Positions 45,325-53,822 of a stretch of DNA of 64,000 nucleotides are shown one piece after another. The notes beneath the pieces are model-generated. The model did no database searches and had not been told where the DNA came from. It saw only the letters and a list, made by a program, of their open reading frames with translations. The position numbers and the translations under genes are program-made. The DNA comes from a virus, in the IMG/VR virus record IMGVR_UViG_3300023179_000054, positions 1-64,000 of that record. The stretch is one strand, 5' to 3'. Position 1 is the first letter of the stretch; every line of letters begins with the position of its first letter.

Positions 45325-46016
45325 AATGTCACCACTGATGCTGTTAGGTTCATAGTTGGATAATAATCTTCGTATGTTTGTAAAGTAATATAATCACCTG
45401 TATCCGTTACAATAGCATTAGTAACATCGGATAATGCTGGATAAGCATCCAATCGGCTATCAACATACACAACGGTTGTATATGTATATCCTGATGTTTG
45501 TCCTACTAATGTTTGACCCGGTGATACAGAAACTCCTGATGTTAGATTGCCGATAGTTGCTACTGCGGCACCTCCACCAACTTGAGTGAAACTCATTACG
45601 GTGCCCATAATCTGTTGTCCTATGGCAACCAACTCACCAACTTGTAAAGCACCAAATCCACCACCCATTAAGTTTTGCATGATACCAAGTCCGGCAGCCA
45701 TACTACCTTGACCTATTCTAACATTAGGTGAACCACCAATTGGAATAGGAAACCCTTGAACATGAGGTATAATACCTAAAACGTCAGGTGCTGCTTGACT
45801 TATAATAGCAGGAATGGCAGGTATGCCACCAATCATTACATTATGAGATAAAACATTAATAAGCATACCCAAAAGATTATGGGTATCTCTATCACCTTCT
45901 AATGCTGGTACCAGATTATTGATAAGAACTTTTGTCGGTACACCTAATCCAGGCACGGTGATACCACCACACATTCTTAATCCAAATTGTGCTACAAGGT
46001 GAATTGGAAAAGTCAT
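45321..46016 (-). CDS. PAAR-like (gp5.4-like) spike protein with extension
   Basis: CGG.T...VLINN...EGD..H...GSPNVRIG. Confidence 0.55.
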   Translation of the reverse strand: MTFPIHLVAQFGLRMCGGITVPGLGVPTKVLINNLVPALEGDRDTHNLLGMLINVLSHNVMIGGIPAIPAIISQAAPDVLGIIPHVQGFPIPIGGSPNVRIGQGSMAAGLGIMQNLMGGGFGALQVGELVAIGQQIMGTVMSFTQVGGGAAVATIGNLTSGVSVSPGQTLVGQTSGYTYTTVVYVDSRLDAYPALSDVTNAIVTDTGDYITLQTYEDYYPTMNLTASVVTL

Positions 46017-46675
46017 GCTTTACTTTTTCCTGTTTTCTTAGTTGGCACCTTAGGCGGCGCCTTTGGTGGAAGTTTAGGTGGCAATTTAGCAGAAGGTTTA
46101 GTCTTACGATATGAAACCATCTCTTTCATATCTTTATTCTCTGGTACATTAATAATAATGGTTGAACCTTCGGAAGAAACACCTGTTGAACCCATACCAC
46201 CTGTGCGGTTAGTCTTTACACCAGGTCTTGCTGCGGATTCTACGATAGAATACTTAACGTACTCGACCAATTCGGCCTGTGCGATACGGTCACCACTACT
46301 GATAACAATCTGGTTCTGTGAGATGTTATGAACCAGAACCATTACCTCTTGAACGTAATCGGAATCAATAACACCTTCAGCATTAGCAAGAACGAGGCCT
46401 TGCTTTAAAGACATGCCTGAGCGGGCGTGGAGGCGCACGGAGTATCCCTCCGGAATATCCATGATGATACCAGTAGGAACAGCAATACGGTCTCCAGGTT
46501 GAATAACAATCTGGTTATTCATAGGTCTTTTAAAGGGCTTATTAGTTGCTGTAAAACCTTCGTATGTGTTATTATTATAACCTTGGAAGGACAAGTCGAA
46601 GCAAGCCGATTGTGCGGTTTGTTTTACAGGAAGTTTAACCTGAGGATGTAATCTAAAAAGTTTCAACGTAGTCAT
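46013..46675 (-). CDS. dut: Trimeric dUTPase with basic C-terminal tail
   Basis: ACFDL, PTG, ARSG, GVIDSDY, DRIAQ, R.GGMGSTG. Confidence 0.92.
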   Translation of the reverse strand: MTTLKLFRLHPQVKLPVKQTAQSACFDLSFQGYNNNTYEGFTATNKPFKRPMNNQIVIQPGDRIAVPTGIIMDIPEGYSVRLHARSGMSLKQGLVLANAEGVIDSDYVQEVMVLVHNISQNQIVISSGDRIAQAELVEYVKYSIVESAARPGVKTNRTGGMGSTGVSSEGSTIIINVPENKDMKEMVSYRKTKPSAKLPPKLPPKAPPKVPTKKTGKSKA

Positions 46676-46689
46676 AATATACTCACTTT

Positions 46690-47100
46690 CTATTCTTCTG
46701 GATATCTCTTCTTACCTAATGAATACTTGGCAACCAAGTTCCATTCATTCTTTTCGGAATAAGAAATAATTTTAATCCTATTTAGAGGTGTAAGTGGTTC
46801 AGCACTCTTGTTCTTATCAACAAGATTAACTAATCCCCACTCCGCTAATAGATTGGCAATAGTATTTCGACGGCCCCTATCTTCCTCCGAGAAGTCAGTA
46901 GGTTTACCGTCGAGCATAAACATTTCTTTGAAATGTACCAAATAATAATGACCTTGTTTGTGTAGAATGTGACATGACTGATAGAGTGTTTTATCCTTTT
47001 TGGATGCCACACCTATTCGCGTCAGTGTCTCTTTTACCTTTAAGAAGGCCTGTGGATCAGGTAATTTTACCTCCACGAAGTCGTCTAGGTTTACTGTCAT
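46690..47100 (-). CDS. regA: Translational repressor RegA
   Basis: FLKVKETLTRIG, LYQSCHILHKQG.YY.VHFKE, RRNTIA.LL..W. Confidence 0.96.
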   Translation of the reverse strand: MTVNLDDFVEVKLPDPQAFLKVKETLTRIGVASKKDKTLYQSCHILHKQGHYYLVHFKEMFMLDGKPTDFSEEDRGRRNTIANLLAEWGLVNLVDKNKSAEPLTPLNRIKIISYSEKNEWNLVAKYSLGKKRYPEE

Positions 47101-47473
47101 TTGTCCCACCTTTATGAATTCGTTTTTTTATTTCTTCTAATTGGGCATCGTTCAGTAAAACCAGTACCTGTTTCGCTTTATCATAAGAATAACCATAATA
47201 TTCCTTGACGGCCTCCAAGTTATCTGAGGTTTCACGTTTTACCCATTTACTATATGGTCTTTTATACCCACGGATAGTATTTAGGAGATATTGATATTGA
47301 AGAGTTCCAGGAAGATTGGGATACAAATTCATCTGGTTGGCTTGTAAAGCACAATCGTAATGGAACGACAACGCTTTATTTATGATATATCCCTGGTAGT
47401 CCTTTTCATCCTCCAGAACGTATTGCTTGTTCTGGAGGATTGAAGGTATAATATCTTTGAATAGGTCAGCCAT
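47057..47473 (-). CDS. gp62: Clamp loader small subunit (gp62)
   Basis: IINKALS, YYGYS..KA; upstream of regA. Confidence 0.9.
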   Translation of the reverse strand: MADLFKDIIPSILQNKQYVLEDEKDYQGYIINKALSFHYDCALQANQMNLYPNLPGTLQYQYLLNTIRGYKRPYSKWVKRETSDNLEAVKEYYGYSYDKAKQVLVLLNDAQLEEIKKRIHKGGTNDSKPRRLRGGKIT

Positions 47474-48279
47474 TAGAATAATGTTCCTGAGTTTTCTGTT
47501 TTAGCGTTAGCACTATCAATACGCTCTTTGGCAATTTTGAAATATTGTTCTTCAAACTCAATACCGATAAAATTTCTATTACAGTTAACCGCAGCAACAC
47601 CTGTGGTACCTGAACCCATGGTATTATCTAGAACCGTTTCACCTTCATTAGAAAAAGTTCGGATAAGATATTCACAAAGAGCAACAGGTTTCTGAGTGGG
47701 ATGTATGGTGTTATTCTCACCTTTAAATTCCAATATCTCATTAGGATAGTTGGTATATTCCTGTGTATAGGACGCATCCGTTAAAAGTTTGTTATTCTCT
47801 CCTAGATTGTGTCTTTGTCCTATAATTTTACCTAGACGTTTCTCATTATTCTTTTTTTCTACACGTTTTGGAATTAGACCTTGAGGATTGTAAGTTATAT
47901 TTCCTTTATTTCTACTGGCCGCCGCAGCACCACCAGGAGAAAACACCAAAATATCTTCGGTGCATTTCATAGGTCTATAGTTGGCAAGGAGAAATCCTGT
48001 TGTCTTATCTTTCTTCCATATAAATTCAAACTTGAACCATTCAACGTTTGAAGCAACAAGTAAAGAAGAAAAAGGTTGGTCGGCAAACAATACAATTGCA
48101 CCGGTTTTTGTGATAATTCTTTTATATTGTTCCCATAAAGGAGCAAATGGGATAACTGAATCCCATTTGCATCTTGTAGTGCCGTAAGGTAAGTCACATA
48201 AAATGAGTTCTACCGAATTGTCCGGTATCTTCTCCATTTCATGCAAACAATCTCCGTGGTACAGCATCACTTGTTTCAT
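47473..48279 (-). CDS. N4/N6 DNA methyltransferase (beta class)
   Basis: GDCL, DLPYG, HPTQKP, VLDNTMGSGTTG, FIGIE. Confidence 0.92.
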   Translation of the reverse strand: MKQVMLYHGDCLHEMEKIPDNSVELILCDLPYGTTRCKWDSVIPFAPLWEQYKRIITKTGAIVLFADQPFSSLLVASNVEWFKFEFIWKKDKTTGFLLANYRPMKCTEDILVFSPGGAAAASRNKGNITYNPQGLIPKRVEKKNNEKRLGKIIGQRHNLGENNKLLTDASYTQEYTNYPNEILEFKGENNTIHPTQKPVALCEYLIRTFSNEGETVLDNTMGSGTTGVAAVNCNRNFIGIEFEEQYFKIAKERIDSANAKTENSGTLF

Positions 48280-48904
48280 TAATAGCACCTTCTAGTGTTT
48301 TATATACATAGTTCACATAGTTGGCAATCATATCTTTATCATATCCTGTTTCATACCAATTCACAGATTTTCCGTTAACTTTTTTACCTCGACGGCGACC
48401 TGTGATGGAAAACATATTGATACGATCTCCATACCCTTGCGTATAGTCACAAGTATTAACAATTTCTGGTTTGATATCGATACAGTAACCTACAAGACAA
48501 AATTGCACGTTTTTAGACAACTTGGATGGGCAAGACAACATAATGTTACGAATAACTGCCCTCTTTAAAGTATAAAAAGGTTTGTCTACCCAAGCACGAT
48601 CTTCTTGAAGAAAGGCTAACTTTCCGTTTACGCAAATGTGTTGATCTAATCTCTCATCACTAAAACCAATATGGTCAGACTTAATATAAGATTTACTCCA
48701 AACGATATTTGAGTCTGGATATTTTTCTTCAAGGAGTTTTATAACAGATTTAAGAATATATTCGGAGGTGTGTTCGAGAGATGGCCCCGAAAAACCTTTA
48801 AGTTCAGTTTTAGTAAGTCCCTTACCTTTGGTAAATTCATTAGAAAGGAACTTTTCACTCTCAGTTACGATCTTGGAAAGATCATTTTGGAATGTATTTG
48901 TCAT
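48239..48904 (-). CDS. Hypothetical protein, possible PD-(D/E)xK endonuclease
   Basis: E...RLDQH...QEDRAW spacing; overlaps MTase start. Confidence 0.45.
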   Translation of the reverse strand: MTNTFQNDLSKIVTESEKFLSNEFTKGKGLTKTELKGFSGPSLEHTSEYILKSVIKLLEEKYPDSNIVWSKSYIKSDHIGFSDERLDQHICVNGKLAFLQEDRAWVDKPFYTLKRAVIRNIMLSCPSKLSKNVQFCLVGYCIDIKPEIVNTCDYTQGYGDRINMFSITGRRRGKKVNGKSVNWYETGYDKDMIANYVNYVYKTLEGAINETSDAVPRRLFA

Positions 48905-48905
48905 T

Positions 48906-49841
48906 TTACTTTACCTCACATTCAACCATCATTTCAGTTAGACAGGCCACTAGGTTGATTTCTTGGTCTGCCACAAATGCCGCTTGATACTGATATTTTC
49001 CTATAATCACAACAGCATATGGTATAGTATCAGGTTTTAGATACTCTGTCAACCCATCATATACATCTCGGAAGATTTTTGCTGGATCAACATCGGAATT
49101 ATTAACAACCCACTTACGCATAGCACCAAAGTCTTTTTCCTTTAATGCCTTGATAAGTTCTTCGAGTTTTCTTACATTGTCAACCTGAGCAAGAACGCCA
49201 GCATCAATAGTTCCGCCAGAAGAATAACGTTGTATCTCGTTGAGAGTTCTTCGGTAATCTGGGAAATACCTCGAAACAATCTTTCCCAATACGTTAGCAT
49301 CGTATTCAATTCCCTCTGTTACTAATATTGTTTTTAGTCTTTTAAACATCTCCATTGCCATCTTGGCCTTCTCATCACCTTTAAGTGAGAAGTCAACAAC
49401 GGCACAACGAGAATGTAGAGCATCAATCAATCTTGCCTTAAAATTACAAGTGAAGATAAAGGAGCAGTTCTCACTAAACTCCTCGATTGCTCCACGCAGG
49501 CCCGCCTGTGCCTCTGGTGTAAGATAGTCGGCCTCATCAAGTATGATAACCTTACGACCACCTGTAAGGGAGATAGTTGAGGCATATCCTTTGATCTTGG
49601 TTCGCAACATATCAATACCACGTTCATCAGAACTATTGATAAAGAGATGATTCAAACCAAGTTCTTCACACATAGCCTTGGCAATTGTAGTCTTGCCGCA
49701 ACCGGCAGGACCAGTTAGCATTAGGTTGGGTATATTACCCTCTTTCACATAATCCTGAAATACCTTTTTGATACGATACGGCAGGATGGTGTCCTCGACC
49801 TTATGAGGACGGTATTTCTCACATAATAAAAATTCACTCAT
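48906..49841 (-). CDS. gp44: Clamp loader large subunit (gp44)
   Basis: EKYRP, GPAGCGKTT, LDEADYL, SRC. Confidence 0.96.
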   Translation of the reverse strand: MSEFLLCEKYRPHKVEDTILPYRIKKVFQDYVKEGNIPNLMLTGPAGCGKTTIAKAMCEELGLNHLFINSSDERGIDMLRTKIKGYASTISLTGGRKVIILDEADYLTPEAQAGLRGAIEEFSENCSFIFTCNFKARLIDALHSRCAVVDFSLKGDEKAKMAMEMFKRLKTILVTEGIEYDANVLGKIVSRYFPDYRRTLNEIQRYSSGGTIDAGVLAQVDNVRKLEELIKALKEKDFGAMRKWVVNNSDVDPAKIFRDVYDGLTEYLKPDTIPYAVVIIGKYQYQAAFVADQEINLVACLTEMMVECEVK

Positions 49842-50137
49842 TAAGATGCCGTCTTTTCCATAATAGTGGTGTAAAACTCTTCAAAGTCCGTATTCTCTTG
49901 GACTTCTTCTTTAAAGTTAGCCTTGAAATAGGCCCGCGACATACGGCGGAATAATTTCTTATCAATACCGAGTTTGTCGGCAACCTCATTCGTGGTTTCT
50001 TTTTGTAGTTCTCTCTCAGCACCAACACGGGTCATGGAGTCATTCATTTCCAATACTGCCTTACGGAGGATTTTGCGGTCTTCATCTGTAAGACCTTGTA
50101 CCGACCTTTGCTGCTGATTATGTCCCATCATACTCAT
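49841..50137 (-). CDS. T4 DsbA-like dsDNA-binding protein
   Basis: Helical; LGIDKKLFRRM...YFK.NF.EE pattern. Confidence 0.6.
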   Translation of the reverse strand: MSMMGHNQQQRSVQGLTDEDRKILRKAVLEMNDSMTRVGAERELQKETTNEVADKLGIDKKLFRRMSRAYFKANFKEEVQENTDFEEFYTTIMEKTAS

Positions 50138-50322
50138 TAGTCCACCTCAATAATCATACCGGGGTTAATACATTCATACTTTAAGACACCTCTAACGGAT
50201 ACGCCGCCGGCGTCTTTACATTTACTTTGATGGTCTGTAGCAGAGAATATCATAAAGACAAACAAAGATACAGAACAACCAACAAAAAACATAACAACCA
50301 AATCGGTTATTCTACTCATCAC
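50137..50322 (-). CDS. Small membrane protein
   Basis: TM plus C..AGG...C. Confidence 0.55.
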   Translation of the reverse strand: MMSRITDLVVMFFVGCSVSLFVFMIFSATDHQSKCKDAGGVSVRGVLKYECINPGMIIEVD

Positions 50323-50975
50323 TTTGTTTCCTGAGCGATGAAATACTTTAGATTGCCGGCCTTATTAACAAACTTGGCAAAGGCACCAATCTGTAGTTCA
50401 ACATCATAATCATCAGGAATAAGTTTAAGGTTCTCGCTCTTGAATGTAGCAATAAAGTCCTTACCAGCATAATCACCGATCTTTGTAGAACCATGGTTGG
50501 ACGTGTCATTTGCTTTCTCATGGATCTGAAGCAATAGGGCACCATCCTTACCAACTACAGATAGATGTGGAAGGTTATTCATTCTCGCCAAAGTTAATAG
50601 ACGGGAAAGAGAAGCATTAGCCAAGGTAAATGAAACATCAACATTCTTGATTGTTAGTTCCTTATCGGCAGGCGGTGTGATAATAAGGTTAGGTGAACAA
50701 GCAAGGTAAGTCAATGTGAAATCACCCTCGGTCATAGATACAGAATCCTTACCGAATGAGATTTCAGGATTCTTTAGTGTAGTAATATTACCGAGAAACT
50801 GGTTCAGGTCATAGATACCGAACTGTTGTGGAATATCATCTTCAAGAGTTGCCTCAAGTAGAATGGAACGTTCCGATGACATGGTCTTTTGAACTTTGCC
50901 AGCATTAAGAACAACGCCACTATTAATGTTAGAAAAGTTTTTAAGAACCGTTAAGGTATTTTCACTAAATTTCAT
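50319..50975 (-). CDS. gp45: Sliding clamp (gp45)
   Basis: MKFSENTL.VLKNF..IN, FGIYDL..FL, NLK.IP..Y. Confidence 0.95.
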   Translation of the reverse strand: MKFSENTLTVLKNFSNINSGVVLNAGKVQKTMSSERSILLEATLEDDIPQQFGIYDLNQFLGNITTLKNPEISFGKDSVSMTEGDFTLTYLACSPNLIITPPADKELTIKNVDVSFTLANASLSRLLTLARMNNLPHLSVVGKDGALLLQIHEKANDTSNHGSTKIGDYAGKDFIATFKSENLKLIPDDYDVELQIGAFAKFVNKAGNLKYFIAQETK

Positions 50976-50991
50976 ATTATACTCCTTATAT

Positions 50992-51585
50992 TCACAGTGT
51001 ATGCATTATTTTATATTGTTTTTCATGTTGTGTCAAGATGATTTTTACATTCTCTTTTAGATCGTCTTTTGTTCCTTCGTTATGAATAACAAAATCTGGA
51101 TCATAATTGTTCCAAGCTGTCTCTGATATATGCATCTTAGAAATTTCTTCTGGAGAAGGATCATCACCTCGTTTTACACGAATGAGTATGCCGCCGGCAC
51201 TCCGAATAAAATCAATTTCATTAGGAAAACGGCAGTCGGTGATAACCACATCTTCATATCCGTGAATACGTTTTTCTAATGCCGCAATCCAGATGTTATC
51301 TGCGATTCCATGCCGACATGCTTCTGTGCCAAATTTTTGTAGGATTAATCTTGGTGTTACTTCATAACCGAGTTTATGTGACCACCAAACATCAACTCTC
51401 TCACGGAAGGCCCGTGAGGCATTCGTGTCACCTTCTAAAAGGCCTCGCGGCCACAGGAAGATACCTGCAACCGCGTCCTTTAGAGCATCAGCAAAGGCAA
51501 ACTTTTTATAACCATGTTCTCTTTCGAGAATATCACCTACTGTGCCTTTGCCGGATCCTATGAAACCGACAACGCCGATTATCAC
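50992..51585 (-). CDS. Deoxynucleoside monophosphate kinase (gp1-like)
   Basis: GFIGSGKGT, FAD.LK, PR..LQ.FGTE, DCRF.NE, HISE. Confidence 0.9.
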   Translation of the reverse strand: MIIGVVGFIGSGKGTVGDILEREHGYKKFAFADALKDAVAGIFLWPRGLLEGDTNASRAFRERVDVWWSHKLGYEVTPRLILQKFGTEACRHGIADNIWIAALEKRIHGYEDVVITDCRFPNEIDFIRSAGGILIRVKRGDDPSPEEISKMHISETAWNNYDPDFVIHNEGTKDDLKENVKIILTQHEKQYKIMHTL

Positions 51586-52388
51586 CGCAAATTACCGCTC
51601 AATGCTGCTACTGCGGGAAGATCGCCTTGGAATCCATATGTACCAACGTGGGTCGTCTTCATCCATGGGCACAACCAAACTTTCATACCAATTGCTCTGG
51701 CATTTTGACAGAACATATAATCTTCTGAAAGATAACGATGTGAGGCAGGATCAATTACCGTATCAAAGTAAGCATGAATATAACGTGTGCCATCAAAGTT
51801 GGCCTGACCAACGTGGTCTGGCTTATAATGAAGGTGTGGATATTCTTCAGCATATTTCTCGAATACTTCACGTTTTACCATCATGAAACCTGTGCCAATT
51901 TCCATAACCTCAACTGGTTCGGTTACCTTGAATGACTTTGTACCAGGAACAGGATTAAAAACGAAGTCGCCTGTAACACCATCAAGCATACCAGGATTAA
52001 ATTCAGGATTTTCAGCATTACGCTTAACGGCATTAACAATATTATTCCAGTTAATTGATTTCTTAGGATAAGGGCCGCCGATGATATCACGGTCAAGTGC
52101 CAATAATGCTAAAACATCTTGTGGATTAAATTGAATGTCGGCATCGATGAATAGTAGATGGGTACAACCAGAACGGAGGAACTCATCAACAAGATAATTT
52201 CGGGCGCGGGTAATTAGGGACTCATTAAAGATAAATGAGAAACGGCATTCCATGCCATATTGGATACATGTTGCTTGAAGGTCGAGGCAGGCTTTAGAAT
52301 ACAAACCGAAACACTGGCCTCCATAACAAGGTGTTGCTACAAATAATTTTTTTGTTCGCAATTCTTCGGTTGAAATTTTAATTTCCAT
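51582..52388 (-). CDS. GT-A fold glycosyltransferase-like protein
   Basis: ATPCYGG, ESLITRARN, FIDADI, GTGFM, SEDY.FC. Confidence 0.7.
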   Translation of the reverse strand: MEIKISTEELRTKKLFVATPCYGGQCFGLYSKACLDLQATCIQYGMECRFSFIFNESLITRARNYLVDEFLRSGCTHLLFIDADIQFNPQDVLALLALDRDIIGGPYPKKSINWNNIVNAVKRNAENPEFNPGMLDGVTGDFVFNPVPGTKSFKVTEPVEVMEIGTGFMMVKREVFEKYAEEYPHLHYKPDHVGQANFDGTRYIHAYFDTVIDPASHRYLSEDYMFCQNARAIGMKVWLCPWMKTTHVGTYGFQGDLPAVAALSGNLR

Positions 52389-52404
52389 AATGTTCTCCAT
52401 AAAC

Positions 52405-52433
52405 AAAAAGGGACGTGGCGAGAGCCACATCCC
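52405..52433 (-). terminator. Rho-independent terminator
   Basis: GGGATGTGGC-TCTC-GCCACGTCCC-TTTT. Confidence 0.8.
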
Positions 52434-52458
52434 TATATAGCATACTTTTTAGAAAGTA

Positions 52459-52680
52459 TTAGTTAGCAAGGCGGTAGAAAGCCGTGCGCTTACCATCAAC
52501 CATGCGGTAGTTGGTGTAGATGTTGTAATACTCACGGAGATCCGCAACACGCTTAGAAACGGACTCACGAGGAACGCGGGCAATACGAGCAACGGAATCA
52601 GCGGTGATACCAGCGCCTGTGTTATGCTTTAGAAGGACGTTCTCGATCTTTTCAATTTGTGTCTTACGAGCTGTAGCCAT
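52459..52680 (-). CDS. Small winged-HTH DNA-binding protein
   Basis: GIT...VA......SVSKRVADLR...I.T......G.R..FYRL. Confidence 0.7.
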   Translation of the reverse strand: MATARKTQIEKIENVLLKHNTGAGITADSVARIARVPRESVSKRVADLREYYNIYTNYRMVDGKRTAFYRLAN

Positions 52681-52726
52681 TATATATTTCTCCATACATA
52701 GTTTAATTTCGTCGTTTAGTGGGATG

Positions 52727-52785
52727 ATACCCTGCTATAATGCCGACGATTTATACATTATAGCAGGGTATTGGTGTAATGTCAA
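52727..52785 (-). promoter_or_regulatory. Early promoter embedded in a perfect 16-bp inverted repeat
   Basis: TTGACA-17-TATAAT (52757-52785); IR arms 52727-52742 and 52756-52771. Confidence 0.75.
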
Positions 52786-52793
52786 GCTCTATT

Positions 52794-53192
52794 TTAATCT
52801 ATCCAAACATCAGTGACACCTTTATATTCATCATCAGGAGCCCTTTGATGTCCGAACAATCCGGTTTTTTCAGATTTCTTTTTTCTTGGTAAGATAAACT
52901 CAATAGTATAAGTTTCCTCAAAATCAATAGCATATTCAGGAATAGGATCTTGTCCTGAATATGTTTCCATATCTTTGGCAATCCACTTCCTTGCTTCTTC
53001 GTAGCAAGTAAAATATGCTTTATTATCTCCATATCCATACCGAACAATATACTTATCTTTTTTACCGGTACAATACCTGTTTCGACGTTTTAGGTACCAT
53101 TCATCTTCTTGTTCGGTATTATTTTCATTTACCTGAGATTGGAGAGTTTCTACAACTTCTTCCAATTTAGAAATGATTTCACTTGTTTTCAT
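52794..53192 (-). CDS. Hypothetical protein
   Basis: ORF overlapping the HEG end. Confidence 0.6.
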   Translation of the reverse strand: MKTSEIISKLEEVVETLQSQVNENNTEQEDEWYLKRRNRYCTGKKDKYIVRYGYGDNKAYFTCYEEARKWIAKDMETYSGQDPIPEYAIDFEETYTIEFILPRKKKSEKTGLFGHQRAPDDEYKGVTDVWID

Positions 53193-53745
53193 TACAACTT
53201 TCTCCGTGTTTCCATTTTACATAATTTGATACATCAATCATTCTATTACATACAGGACATAACTTTTTTTCTCTTTGTTTCAGTTTTCTTCCTTTTATTG
53301 GAGAAGGGCGACCTTTTAGGGCCGTTGTTCTGGCCGGTACTCGGTTAGCAAATCTATTTTTCACCCATTCTTCATTTTGAGGTCCTCTCGGTCCTCGCAT
53401 TTTATCTTTTGACTTTTCGGAATGTCCTTCACAAATAAACTTATAAGAACTTCCTTGTCTCTTATTTAACCAACGGTCTGACCTTATAACATCTAATTTG
53501 GTTAAGACTTTATCTTCCCATTCCCGACATTCTTTTTCTGTTAAGAATGTCTTTCGGATTTTTATAACATCAGGTTCGCCGTATTCTTGTCTAAACTTTT
53601 TTACCTCTGCGGAAGAAGTGAAGTAGGTATTCCAAAGATTGGAAGGGTTGGCAACTTTTACAACACTCCCGTATTCTGCTCCGTAATACCATTTATTGTG
53701 GATGGACCAACCGATAAGGTAGGTGTAAGGGGTATAAATAGACAT
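53179..53745 (-). mobile_element. Seg-like GIY-YIG homing endonuclease with NUMOD3-like segment
   Basis: YTYLIG...YYG, YFTSS, E..VL, WLN, HSEKSKDKM, C-terminal CxxC..H..C. Confidence 0.75.
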
Positions 53746-53808
53746 GCTGGTCTCCTAGCCGAGATTAGAGTAGGTGGGATTGCCGTCCGTGACCTACATG
53801 TCTATTTA
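53735..53808 (+). ncRNA. Candidate structured RNA overlapping HEG start (antisense)
   Basis: 12-bp terminal IR plus two inner stems with plus-strand G-U pairs; TATAAATA at 53733-53740. Confidence 0.45.
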
Positions 53809-53822
53809 GTATTCCTCATTTT

